A stretch of 64,000 nucleotides of DNA from a virus, in the IMG/VR virus record IMGVR_UViG_3300037313_001261, positions 783 through 64,782 of that record, one strand, 5' to 3'. The position numbers and the translations under genes were made by a program. The notes beneath the pieces are model-generated. The model saw only the letters and a list, made by a program, of their open reading frames with translations, did not search any database and had not been told where the DNA came from. Of the stretch, positions 1-9,882 are shown in pieces; within the stretch, counting starts at the first letter, position 1, and every line of letters begins with the position of its first letter.

Positions 1-3000
1 CCGCGTCGAAGGCGTACTCGCGCGCTTGCGCGGCGCTCATGCCCCCTTTACGGGCGAGGTTGTAGGCCGCGACCGCCGTGGCGGCGCGGTTGATCGCCTC
101 CACCGCCGAGGGCAGCTGCGAGGCGACGCGGGCGAACTTGCCCAGGTTCTCGCCGACGAAGCCGCGGCCCTCGATCATGTCACGGCTCATCTCGAGCCCG
201 GCCGCGTCCGCCATGCCGCCGCGCTCGAACAACAGATCGAACAGCGCCTTCATTTCCGGATTGCCGTTGAAGCGGCGCCGGATGGCATTACCCACGTCGG
301 TAGTGTCGAGCCCGAGATTACGGAACTGTGCCCCTGCCCGACCGGTGTTCGCCAACCCGCTTTGCCACGCCCGGTGAGCGCCGATCGCCACAAACGCCTT
401 GGACAATTCCAACGCGGCACGCGCGCCGCCGAATTTGCCCGCCAGCACCGGGTACGACACCATCCACGGCTGCATCGCGTTGATGACCGAGTAGGCCGGC
501 GAGAACAGCTTGTCGAGGTACGAGAGCTGCATCAGGGTCTTGACCGCCGGGTTGGGCCCGCGCATGTCGTCGTCCTGCTGCAGCCGCAGCTCCAGCTCCT
601 TGAGGTAGTCGGAGCGCGCCCCGGTCTGCTTGTCGAACACGCCGCGCTGCGCCTCGCGCATTCCCTGGAAGAACTCGCGCGCCACCGGCATGTGCTCGGC
701 CCGCGCCATTGCCGAGGACCAGGTGTGGCCGTAGCGCAGCAGGTTGCGGCTCAAGCTCTTGGACGCGCCGTAGACGTTCTGGCGGTAGAGCGCGTTCTTC
801 TGGATGCGGTTGCCGCTCATCATGCGGATCGCCGCCTCGCGCACCAGGCCTTGGGCAAGGCTCTTGGTGTGGGGGTCGATGTCGCGCCGCGCCGCAATCG
901 AGCTCATCAGGCCCGAGAGCTGGGTCGACTGCAGGTCGCGCCGCACGCCAATGTCGGCGCGCTGCATCGGCTCGTCGTCGATCGACTCGAACGCCTTGCG
1001 GTTCTCGCGGATGAAGCGGTGCGCCTGGGTGTTGGTCTCGAACGAATAAAACCCCTCGCGCTGCACCCGCACGCGGTAGGCGACGTCAACGATCTTGGCC
1101 AGCACGTCGGCCTTGGTCAGCTTGTTGCCGGCCGCGTCCTCGTAGGTGCGCCGGGTGCCTTTACGGTAATCCACCCCCTCGACGCTGCCGGGCTGCAGCG
1201 CCTCGTGTGCCGGGATGCGCTTGTTGGTCTGCAGGTCGTAGTAGATCGTCTCGTCGACCGGCTTTACCCCGCTGGGTAAGTGGTTCTTGAGCGCGTCCTC
1301 CGACTTGATGCGGGTGTTGGTGCCCTTGACGTAGTAGGTCTTGGCCTTCGAGTTGACGATGAGATCGGTGTTCTTCTCGAACACGCTCGACGCCTTGTCG
1401 GCATCGGCCTCGGTGCCGGCCCGGAACTCCACCGTGTCATCGCTGCCCGGCACCATCGTGCCGCCGTGCAGATTCGTGAGCGCGCTCTTGGTGCGGACCA
1501 CGATCTCGCCGTGGCGCATGAGCGGGAAGTAGTCGCCCTTGACGAGCAGCGAGCGCGCCTGCCCGATCGCCTTGAAGGTCTCGTCGTTCATCACCTTCTT
1601 GTCGGCATCGGTGAGCTTGCCGGCGAGCGCCCGGGTGAGGATGTCCTGCTTCTGCTGCGCGCTCAGCCCCGGCTCGAGGTCAAGCCAGTTGCGGATCGTC
1701 TGCGAGGTCAGGTCGTTCTCGGCCTTGCGGTAGAACGCCGTCATCTCCTGATACAGCGCCTTCGCGTCGGGCGAGAGCCGGGCGAACTCGGCCTGCAGGG
1801 TTTTGAGGCCCTCGTGCGCCTGGTGGTCGGTGGCCTTGAGGTGCGTGTTGGAGCCGACGAGCGAGACGTTGAGCATCGTCGCACGCTCGGCGATGTCGGC
1901 CATCGTCGCGGCCATTTGCGGGTTCTTGCGCGCCCAGGCCTCCCACTTCAGGGCGAGCCGGGTCGGCAGCTGGCCGAGCGCGTCGCGGCGCGGCCCGATC
2001 TTCTGCATCTCCTCGATGTAGCGCTGGCCCTGGTCGACGCCGCCCTTCATGAACAAGCCGGCGATGTTCTGCCGGATCTGGTCGAGCGTCATCAGCTTGC
2101 GGCCCACCCGCTTGATCGCGGTGCTGGCGCCGGCGCCGCGATCGCGCGCAGCGTTGAGGGCATCGTTACCCCGCAGGTAATGGGTCTGGACCCCGCGCCC
2201 GCCCAGCGCGGTCGGAACCCCGACCGGGCCGGCACGGAGGTGGTCGATCTCGTCGTTGAGCTGCATCAGCGCGTCGAGCGCCGAGACATGCGCCTCGGGG
2301 ATGCCGAGCGAGGTCTTGACCATCTGCACGAAGGCGTGCCAGGCGCTGCGCGCGGTCTGGATCCAGCCCGGCAGCCCGAGCTCCTTGGCCATGCGCGGCG
2401 GCAGCGGGATATAGGCCATCGCCTCCTGGAAGGTCGGGTTGGAGAAGCCCTCGGCCACCATCTCGTGGATGTTGGTCAGGCCATAGAGCTTCTCGGCCCA
2501 TTCCGGGTCCATGTCCATGAGCTCGTTCTTGACGTAGTCGAACAGCTTTTCGAACTTCGCCTTCAGCTCCGGGTTGCTCTCGATCGCAATCGCGGTCGCG
2601 GCGTGCGCGCCCTCGTGCAGCAGCACGTAACCGCTGCGCTCCACACTGGCGGAGACGTCGTCGCGGATGAAGATCTTGCCCGAGCTCTGGTCGTAAAAGC
2701 CAAGCGGCGGCGGTGTGGCACGGCCGGTCGCGGCGGCGGTGCTGAGGATCTGCCCGAGGTCGGCGTCAATGAAGTCGTCGTAGGACAGCACGTGCACTTC
2801 GGTCTTGCCGATGCGGCTCATCAGGCTCGAGCGCAGCGCGGTGTAGATGTCCTTGACGCGGGCAAAGGTCGGGTTGGTGAAATCGAACTGTCTCAGGATG
2901 CCGTTGAAGTTGCCGCTCGAGATCGGCTTGAACGTGTACGCCATGTGGCGCAGCACGCGCCGGGCGATCTGGGCCGAGTTACCGAGCTGGGTAACCAGCT

Positions 3001-6000
3001 CCGGCGTGCCCTCGACGATGCTGATCGCCTGTTCGATGTAATCGCCGATCTGGGCGTCATCGTAGCCGTTGGCGGCCTTAAACTCCTCCAGCGCGGCACG
3101 CTCCGCCGGCGACAGGCTGTCGTAGGCTTGGCTCAACGTCCAGCCCTGACCCCCGCTCATCTGCGCCAGGATGCGGTCGAACTCCGCTTCCTCCTCGGGC
3201 GTGAGGTCGGTCACGCGCAGCTTGACGCCGTTTTTGGGGATGTCGAACTTGCGCTTCTTCTCCACCTGCACCTTGCCGGTCATGTCGCGGCCGGCGGTCA
3301 CGATGGCATCGCCCGCCGTGGGGTCGTTGCGCTTGGCTTTGAGCGCCGCGAGCCGCGCCTGGGCGGCGGTGCGCTCACCCTCGGTGGCGCCGCGCTCGGC
3401 GAGCGCGCTCACCTTGTCGATCTTCTTCTCGATCTGTTCGCGCTTCTCCTCGGCCGTCGGCAGCCGGACGCCGCGCTCTTCGGCCATTTGGGCGTACTTG
3501 TCGTCGGCTGTTTTGGCCTCGCCGGTGGCGGCTTCCCCGGCCTTGCGGCGGCGGGCCGCCTCATAGGCCTCCTGTTCCAAGCGCTCCGCCTCGTCACGGG
3601 CCTGGTCGGCATTGGCGCGGTCCTGCTGCGAGAGCTCGTCCTGGCCCTCGCCCGAGAACGCGTTCGACGAACTATCACCGCCCGACCCTTGTGCGTTCTG
3701 CTCGATCTGCGTGGTCTTCCAGAAATCCTCGAGCGCGTCACCGCGCGCCGCGAGATCGAACGCCGCGAACTCGGCTGCGCTCTCCGGCCCGAAGCGCCCG
3801 CTCTGCAGCTTGTTGAACACGCGCTTGTACTCGACGAGCGCCTTCTCGTGCAGGCTCATCTGCTTGTTGGCACGGTCCGGCACCTCGATACCGGCGGCCT
3901 TGGCGGCAGCCAGGATCTTACCGACGCGGGTAAGAATCGCGTCCTTGCCGGCTTTGAGGCCATGCAGGGCGCGGTCCTCGGCCTTCTCCCACGGGTGGTT
4001 TTTAAGAATGTCCTTGATCGCCGCGATCTTGCCCTGACGCGCCGCCTCGGTGGCGTCGACCTCGGCCTGCTTCTTCGCCGTGCGCTTGGTCTCCGGCGCA
4101 GCGTCGACGTCGGCATTCTCCTCGGCGGCGATCTTCTGGTCGGTGAAATGCTTGAGCCCGGCTTCGCGCGCCGCGTCGATCTTGGCGCGGGCCTCCTGGT
4201 ACTTCTTGGGGTTGCGCTTGTGGCCGCGTCCAAGTTCGGACAGCGCGGTAAAGCCGGCGTGCAGGTCGCTCCAGAACGGCAGAGCGTTGGGCTCAGCCGC
4301 GCGCTTGGCCGCGAGATCCCGCAGCGCCGCCTCGTTGTCGTGCACGAACGCCGCCGCGTCACCCTCGGTGCGCACCTGCGGGCTCTGCACCCAGGCTTGC
4401 TTGGCCGCTTCCTCGGACGCCTTGTCCTGGCTCGGGATCACCCGGCCGGTGCGCGGCTTGGGCTGTGCCTCGACCGGGGGCGTTACCTGCTCGGTAACCG
4501 GCGTGGTCTCCGGCGCAGCGGAGCGCTCAAGCGACTTGGCGCGGATCACCTCGGCCTTCGTGCGACCTGTCACGGCGGCAGCGGGCTCCTGGCTCGCCAC
4601 CTCACGGAACTGCGCCTCCGGACCGGCCGCGCCGGACGCTCCGGAGGCTCCGGGCGTGGAGGGCTCGGCCAGCGCCGCGTCCCAGTCGAACGTGCCCTGG
4701 CCTTCGAGCGGGCCTAGCCCCTCCGGCTCTCCCACAGATGCGACTTGATCGGCCGGCGCGCCGGGGGCTCGTTGCTCGGGCAGAGCACCGAACAGACCCT
4801 CATCAAAACTTGGTTGAGGGCCTTGATCAGCCACAGCAGGCTGTTGAACAGGGCCCACAGGATCACGGCCACTGAGACCCCCGCGATCGCCGCCGCCAGG
4901 CCCAGGAACAGGGCCGGCAGAAACGCCAGGAGCAGGAGGGGTGGGAGATGAAGGCTTGGCATTGGCGGTCGGGCTCGCAAGCGCGGCCAGTTGATCGGGA
5001 TCCATCAGCTCGGCCGCCGAGGTAATGGCTTCGTTTACGTCTGCCAGGGCCGTGTCGACGGCTTCCTGGCTGCCCGGGGCTGGGGTAGCCGGGGCTTCCG
5101 GCGCGGCTCCCGGGGCCGGGGTTACCTCGTCGGGTAAGCCCTCGGTATCCTCGGGGATGGCGCTCTCATCCTCCTCATCGCCATCGGCGACGGTTTCGGG
5201 GGTGGTGGGCTGGACAGACGGCGGCGGAGACGGCACGGTGCCGGGCGCGGGCGCTGATTCGGTCGCTGCCCCCTCCGTCTCGGGGCCCGTCTTTGCTTCA
5301 ACTGCCGCCGTGGCTCCAGCCGCCATGGCGGCCTTTTCATCAGCCCCGACGCCGTCCTCGGTCACCTCGACGGTGGGCTTGGCGGGCTTGGCGGGCTTGG
5401 CCTCGGGCTCCTCGCCGCCGGTGACCGCGCCGACCGTGCCACCCATCACGCCACCGACCACTATGCCGTTGACGCTCTGGTGCAGCGCCTTCATCCAGTC
5501 GACGCCGTCGATCAGGTGCTGGTTGGCGAGCGCCGAGTCCTCGATGGTCGACTGGAACAGGTTCTCCGCGCCCTCCTGGACGCCTTCCTTGAGGATGCCC
5601 TGGCGGATGCCGCCCTTGGTCATGTGCGCCGCGATACCCTCGGCACCCTGGCTCGAGGTCAGCGCCGAGAACGCGCCCATCAGCACCGGCGCGTAGCCCT
5701 GGGTCTGCTTGATCAGCTCCTCGCGCGCCTCGGCCTTGTCCATGCCCATCTCGACGAGGCCACGGTAGAGGTCGGACTTTTCGAGCTGCTCCTCGGGCAT
5801 CTTGAGAATGCCCTCACGGATGTTGTTGGCGACATCGCCGCCGGTCTCGAGCCCGGCCACCACCATGCCGAGCGGGCCGGCAAACGCCGCCGGCACCACG
5901 GAGGCCACCATCGACGGCATCGAGCGCAGGCTCTGGGCGGTGATCGCCGAGCCCATCGACACGCCCGAATCCCAGACGTCGTTATCCGGGCCCGGGGTCG

Positions 6001-6319
6001 GCAGCCAGTTGGCGCCCCCGGCTTTGCGCGCGGCGGGTGACATCTCCTGTTCGGTGTCGGTGATGTGCTGGTTGAGGTCCTCGCGCAGCCGCGCCGGGAA
6101 GCCGGTCTCGTCGCCGCCGGTGACGTACTGCGCCACGCCCGCGCCCATCTTCATCGTGTCGAAGACGCCGGCCTTGAGGTAGTTGCCCCAGTCGCTCCAG
6201 CTCACCCCCGTGCCCGCATTCTGGGCATCCGCAAACGGATCCCATCCGGGCGTGGCGGGCTCCGGAGCCGGCGCTACGGCATCGGCGCTGTCCTCGGCGA
6301 ACGGATCGTAATCGGCCAT
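1..6319 (-). CDS. Giant internal virion / ejected polyvalent protein (>2100 aa, C-terminus beyond left edge) with zincin metallopeptidase-like domain
   Basis: Absent from the ORF track. ATG at 6319 (MADYDPFAEDSADAVAP...) abuts the upstream stop. The frame was open where I spot-translated it (e.g. 4680-5040). Contains YVLLHEGAHA (HExxH, ~2600-2630) and YGLTNIHEMVAEGFSNP, as in MPTase-type domains of polyvalent proteins. Last gene of the virion operon. Confidence 0.8.
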   Translation of the reverse strand, partial: MADYDPFAEDSADAVAPAPEPATPGWDPFADAQNAGTGVSWSDWGNYLKAGVFDTMKMGAGVAQYVTGGDETGFPARLREDLNQHITDTEQEMSPAARKAGGANWLPTPGPDNDVWDSGVSMGSAITAQSLRSMPSMVASVVPAAFAGPLGMVVAGLETGGDVANNIREGILKMPEEQLEKSDLYRGLVEMGMDKAEAREELIKQTQGYAPVLMGAFSALTSSQGAEGIAAHMTKGGIRQGILKEGVQEGAENLFQSTIEDSALANQHLIDGVDWMKALHQSVNGIVVGGVMGGTVGAVTGGEEPEAKPAKPAKPTVEVTEDGVGADEKAAMAAGATAAVEAKTGPETEGAATESAPAPGTVPSPPPSVQPTTPETVADGDEEDESAIPEDTEGLPDEVTPAPGAAPEAPATPAPGSQEAVDTALADVNEAITSAAELMDPDQLAALASPTANAKPSSPTPPAPGVSAGPVPGPGGGDRGGLSGRDPVGPVQQPAVADQGPQPSFDEGLFGALPEQRAPGAPADQVASVGEPEGLGPLEGQGTFDWDAALAEPSTPGASGASGAAGPEAQFREVASQEPAAAVTGRTKAEVIRAKSLERSAAPETTPVTEQVTPPVEAQPKPRTGRVIPSQDKASEEAAKQAWVQSPQVRTEGDAAAFVHDNEAALRDLAAKRAAEPNALPFWSDLHAGFTALSELGRGHKRNPKKYQEARAKIDAAREAGLKHFTDQKIAAEENADVDAAPETKRTAKKQAEVDATEAARQGKIAAIKDILKNHPWEKAEDRALHGLKAGKDAILTRVGKILAAAKAAGIEVPDRANKQMSLHEKALVEYKRVFNKLQSGRFGPESAAEFAAFDLAARGDALEDFWKTTQIEQNAQGSGGDSSSNAFSGEGQDELSQQDRANADQARDEAERLEQEAYEAARRRKAGEAATGEAKTADDKYAQMAEERGVRLPTAEEKREQIEKKIDKVSALAERGATEGERTAAQARLAALKAKRNDPTAGDAIVTAGRDMTGKVQVEKKRKFDIPKNGVKLRVTDLTPEEEAEFDRILAQMSGGQGWTLSQAYDSLSPAERAALEEFKAANGYDDAQIGDYIEQAISIVEGTPELVTQLGNSAQIARRVLRHMAYTFKPISSGNFNGILRQFDFTNPTFARVKDIYTALRSSLMSRIGKTEVHVLSYDDFIDADLGQILSTAAATGRATPPPLGFYDQSSGKIFIRDDVSASVERSGYVLLHEGAHAATAIAIESNPELKAKFEKLFDYVKNELMDMDPEWAEKLYGLTNIHEMVAEGFSNPTFQEAMAYIPLPPRMAKELGLPGWIQTARSAWHAFVQMVKTSLGIPEAHVSALDALMQLNDEIDHLRAGPVGVPTALGGRGVQTHYLRGNDALNAARDRGAGASTAIKRVGRKLMTLDQIRQNIAGLFMKGGVDQGQRYIEEMQKIGPRRDALGQLPTRLALKWEAWARKNPQMAATMADIAERATMLNVSLVGSNTHLKATDHQAHEGLKTLQAEFARLSPDAKALYQEMTAFYRKAENDLTSQTIRNWLDLEPGLSAQQKQDILTRALAGKLTDADKKVMNDETFKAIGQARSLLVKGDYFPLMRHGEIVVRTKSALTNLHGGTMVPGSDDTVEFRAGTEADADKASSVFEKNTDLIVNSKAKTYYVKGTNTRIKSEDALKNHLPSGVKPVDETIYYDLQTNKRIPAHEALQPGSVEGVDYRKGTRRTYEDAAGNKLTKADVLAKIVDVAYRVRVQREGFYSFETNTQAHRFIRENRKAFESIDDEPMQRADIGVRRDLQSTQLSGLMSSIAARRDIDPHTKSLAQGLVREAAIRMMSGNRIQKNALYRQNVYGASKSLSRNLLRYGHTWSSAMARAEHMPVAREFFQGMREAQRGVFDKQTGARSDYLKELELRLQQDDDMRGPNPAVKTLMQLSYLDKLFSPAYSVINAMQPWMVSYPVLAGKFGGARAALELSKAFVAIGAHRAWQSGLANTGRAGAQFRNLGLDTTDVGNAIRRRFNGNPEMKALFDLLFERGGMADAAGLEMSRDMIEGRGFVGENLGKFARVASQLPSAVEAINRAATAVAAYNLARKGGMSAAQAREYAFDA

Positions 6320-8833
6320 TTAGAAGCGCCCCTGCTGGATGGCGAGATCGTCCCCGTTGTCGCTGCTGAAGCCGAGCGGGGTTTTGGGAGTGGGGCCGCC
6401 GGTGACCAGGCGGCTGAGCCCGGTCGGCTTACCCGCGTCGGTAACCGGGCCGGGCTTGGGCGCCTTGGCGCGCTTGGCCGCGATGTAGGCGGCAGTCTGC
6501 ATCGACACCTTGTACTGCTGCCCGTTGACGGTGATCAGCGCGTTGCCGTCGGGCGTCTTCTGCACCTTGGCGTCGGGCGTCACAATGGCGTCGCGGATCA
6601 CCGTGGCGGCGTGGTCGGGGCCGACAATGCCGGGGTTGTTCTTGATCATGTCGATCGCCCCGGCGCGCATCGGGAAACGATCGGCTTCCGGCAGCGTGTC
6701 CTTGCCGAGCCCCTGCGCGATGGCGGCATCGACGGCGGCATCACGATCCGGGTTGATCGTGGGGGCGCGCCCAGTGGTGCCCGCCGGCTTGGCCTGGTAG
6801 CGCGGCCGCGACAGCGTGTTGAACTGCTGCGTGTAGCGCGCGCCCTCCGGGCTCGCCTTGATGAAATCGCCCGCCGCCGCGAGCGCCTGCTTGCGCTCCT
6901 CGTTGAGCCGGCCGAGCGTCTCGGTGTCGTTGGCCTTTTGGGCGTCGGCAATGTCGCGGTCGATGGCGTTGATCGCCGTCACATGGTCGGCCCAGCTCAT
7001 CGCGGCGTTGTTCTTGGCCTCACCCTCGGCGGCCTTCTTGTCGTAATACGCGTTGCGGCGCTTGCGGTCTTCCTCCTGCACCGTGAAGCGCTGGTCGGCA
7101 CGCTGCTCGGCGCGGTCGGCGCGGGCTTGCCCCGCCTCGTAGCGCGCGTCCGAGATCGCCTCACGCTGGGCGCGGTGACCGGCCGCGGCCTGGCGCTGCG
7201 CCACGCCCGACATCTGCTCGTACCACAGCGAGCCGTTTTGCATCCCCGTGGCCACGTACATCAGCTGGTTGACGGTGGCCTGGCCCTGGTGCGTGAGCGC
7301 GCCGGTCTCGTCGTCGGCGAGCGCAAACCCCACCGTGCCGTCCTTACCGACCGAGGTAATCTTCATCGTCTGGCCGTCGGGGATCATCGAGTACGAGCTG
7401 GCGATCGCTTTCGCCGCGCCGGCGTGATCACCGGCCTCGAGCGCCGCTTGCGCGATGTAGCCACCGCGCGACACCACGTTGCGGATGTGCAGCAGGATGC
7501 CGCGCTGGATTGCCGCCGCCTTCTGCGGCTGGCCCTTGTTCATGTAGTACTCGTAGGACGCGTTCATGCCGGCAATCAGCCGGGCGTCCTCGCGCAGCTG
7601 GCGCTTCGGGTCGACCGTGTCCTTGAGCTGCTCGACCTCCTGCGGGCTCATCGCCCCGGTGGAGAACACCTGCTGCATCTGGCGTGGGTCGGGCTGAGAG
7701 GCGCCGGGGATCGCGCCCTGGCCGCCGCTGATCATGTGGTTGAGATCGACGAGCCCCGCCTTGACCGACTGCGCGGTGCGGTCCTTGGACAGGAACTGGG
7801 AGAGCTCGCCGCCCCGCCCCTGCTTGCCGAGCTCCTGCGCGTTCATCGCGTTGCGCTGGTCGAGCGACGGGTTGTCGCCATAGTCCGGCAGCTTCAGCAG
7901 GCCGGGCGTGCCGCCCTGGGCTTGCGCGGGCGGGGGCGCGTTGAGATCCTCCTCGCCCTTGCCCTTGGCATCGGCGTAGGCGACCTTCGGGCCACCCTTC
8001 TTGGGTGCCGCCTTGGCCACCTTGGCGTCCTTGGGGGCCGGCTTACCTTTTGGGGTAACCTTGCCCTTCGGCTGCTTCGAGAGCGCATCGGCATCGGCCG
8101 TGCCCTCGTTCTTCGGCACCGGGCGGTAATCGGGCTCGGCCAGGCTGGCGCTCTGGCGGCGTCCGTCCTCGCGGTCCGACGCCCCGGCGCGCAGCGCGTC
8201 GGTCTTGTCCTCGCGGCCGTAGCGCGCGGTCAAACTATCACGCCCGCCATCGCCCGAGTTGGTCGAGCGGTCCTCGCGGTTGGGGTCGACGCTTGCCGTG
8301 TCGATCGGGCCGGTGGTGATCTTCGCCGCGGTTACATCGCCGTCCGGCTGGCTGTTCTCGCGTGCAGAAGCGCGGCGCATTTCGGCACCCCGGGCCGCGT
8401 CACGAAAACCCTGGTTGGGCAGGGGACCGGACCGATCGTAGGGGTCGGACGGGATGGCTTCCGCGCGAGCCGCAGCAACAGCCACACCTCGGCCGCCACG
8501 CCCAGCATCGCGCAGAGAAGCATTAGGTACAGGGCCAGAACGATCATAGGGATCCTCGGGGGCCGGGGTGCGGTCCGCCAGGGCGGCACGCCGCAGGTTC
8601 GGGTTGCGTTCAACAGGATCGGAGCTTGCCTCGGCGGGGCGGCGGTCGGCTTCCGCAGCCCGGCGCAGCGAGGCGTTCTTTTCGACGTAGCCGGTTGTAT
8701 CTTCCGGCGTGTACGGAATTGCGGCCTCTTGCCGGGCGGCGCTCTTGTCGCCCTGATCGGTGCGGCCGTAGCGCATGTTGCGCGACGGATCGGCTTCATC
8801 CAGCGCCTGCAGGAAAGCATCAACGTCCGGCAT
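6320..8833 (-). CDS. Internal virion protein (putative), 837 aa
   Basis: Long Ala/Gln-rich ORF between the muramidase-like gene and the giant gene, where podoviral ejection proteins usually lie. Confidence 0.65.
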   Translation of the reverse strand: MPDVDAFLQALDEADPSRNMRYGRTDQGDKSAARQEAAIPYTPEDTTGYVEKNASLRRAAEADRRPAEASSDPVERNPNLRRAALADRTPAPEDPYDRSGPVPNASLRDAGRGGRGVAVAAARAEAIPSDPYDRSGPLPNQGFRDAARGAEMRRASARENSQPDGDVTAAKITTGPIDTASVDPNREDRSTNSGDGGRDSLTARYGREDKTDALRAGASDREDGRRQSASLAEPDYRPVPKNEGTADADALSKQPKGKVTPKGKPAPKDAKVAKAAPKKGGPKVAYADAKGKGEEDLNAPPPAQAQGGTPGLLKLPDYGDNPSLDQRNAMNAQELGKQGRGGELSQFLSKDRTAQSVKAGLVDLNHMISGGQGAIPGASQPDPRQMQQVFSTGAMSPQEVEQLKDTVDPKRQLREDARLIAGMNASYEYYMNKGQPQKAAAIQRGILLHIRNVVSRGGYIAQAALEAGDHAGAAKAIASSYSMIPDGQTMKITSVGKDGTVGFALADDETGALTHQGQATVNQLMYVATGMQNGSLWYEQMSGVAQRQAAAGHRAQREAISDARYEAGQARADRAEQRADQRFTVQEEDRKRRNAYYDKKAAEGEAKNNAAMSWADHVTAINAIDRDIADAQKANDTETLGRLNEERKQALAAAGDFIKASPEGARYTQQFNTLSRPRYQAKPAGTTGRAPTINPDRDAAVDAAIAQGLGKDTLPEADRFPMRAGAIDMIKNNPGIVGPDHAATVIRDAIVTPDAKVQKTPDGNALITVNGQQYKVSMQTAAYIAAKRAKAPKPGPVTDAGKPTGLSRLVTGGPTPKTPLGFSSDNGDDLAIQQGRF

Positions 8834-9872
8834 AGTGCATCTCGTCGGTCAGAGGAATGGCAGCGGTGGCGCGGGTTACCGGCGGGGTAACATCGGGCGC
8901 CTGTGGGATCGGGTCGGCCTGGGCAACCTGCACCGGCTTCTTGCGCGGGGTCTGGGTGTCGGTGTCGTCGCCCCCATCACCGCCGGTCGGGATCGCCTCG
9001 TCTTTGGTTGCGGTTTGGGTCGCGGCGCGCTTCGGCAAGAGCTCGTCGGAGCCGGCGTACTTGCGCGGGGCGCTGGTGCCCGAGAGCGCACCGTCGACGT
9101 CGCCCCAGAGCGAAGCGTCGGCGTTGTTGCCGTTGACGCCGTCGTACATGCCGCGCCCGGTCTTGTTCATCGGCAGCACCGCCCACACGCCGGCGAGCTT
9201 CTGCGCCGCCTGCTCCTTGGTGATCTTGCCGGCCTTGAAGTCGTCCCAGCCGCCATCGGTGCGGGCGAGATACGCCGCCACCTTGGCCTGGGTGCCACGG
9301 TCGAACTTGGTGGTCGCCGGATCGAGACCGAGGCCCTCGACGGCGCGCTGCAGCGTCGGCTTGATGGTCTGGAACATGCCGACCGCCGTGGACGCGTAGC
9401 CGGTCTTCTTCATCTGGTCCTGCAGGCCGTAGACCTGATCGAGCGTCATGTTCTCGAGATCGGCGGTGCCGCCGGGGCTCTTGTCGTTCTTGTAGGTCAG
9501 CGCGCCCCAGTTCTTGCCGTCATGCGCGGCAGCCCGCAGGATCGGCGCGAGCTCCTTGTCATGGTCATCGAGGTAGTTGGCCACGTCGCTGTCATCGCCG
9601 GAATAGGGATCACCGCCGTAGCCGGACGAGGAATACCCCGTCTCCTTGTCGTTGGCCGAGTAGGGCTGGTCCTGGCGGCCGCTCTCCGAGGACGCGCGCC
9701 GCACCACCGGGTCGGGCCCGTCGCCGATCGCGCGCTGGTCGGCCTCGTCCTGGGCCTTCTTGACCGCGGCATCGTGCTCGCGCTCGTCCATGATGCCCTT
9801 GATCTTCTTGCCCATGGACAGGCCGGTGTTGAAGCCCGATGCGAAATCGCGCAATTCAGCGGCAAACGACAT
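8820..9872 (-). CDS. Virion-associated lysozyme-like / lytic transglycosylase protein
   Basis: MTLDQVYGLQ...STAVGMFQTIKPTL...KFDRGTQ...LAGVWAVLP resembles lambda-lysozyme (GH104)-like motifs. Confidence 0.65.
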   Translation of the reverse strand: MSFAAELRDFASGFNTGLSMGKKIKGIMDEREHDAAVKKAQDEADQRAIGDGPDPVVRRASSESGRQDQPYSANDKETGYSSSGYGGDPYSGDDSDVANYLDDHDKELAPILRAAAHDGKNWGALTYKNDKSPGGTADLENMTLDQVYGLQDQMKKTGYASTAVGMFQTIKPTLQRAVEGLGLDPATTKFDRGTQAKVAAYLARTDGGWDDFKAGKITKEQAAQKLAGVWAVLPMNKTGRGMYDGVNGNNADASLWGDVDGALSGTSAPRKYAGSDELLPKRAATQTATKDEAIPTGGDGGDDTDTQTPRKKPVQVAQADPIPQAPDVTPPVTRATAAIPLTDEMHYAGR

Positions 9873-9882
9873 CAGACCCCCC

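Noticed and set aside
4714-4980. 88-aa hydrophobic minus-strand ORF nested in the giant gene
   Set aside because: It is an alternative frame over a Pro/Ala-rich linker, and the main frame is open here. No independent support.
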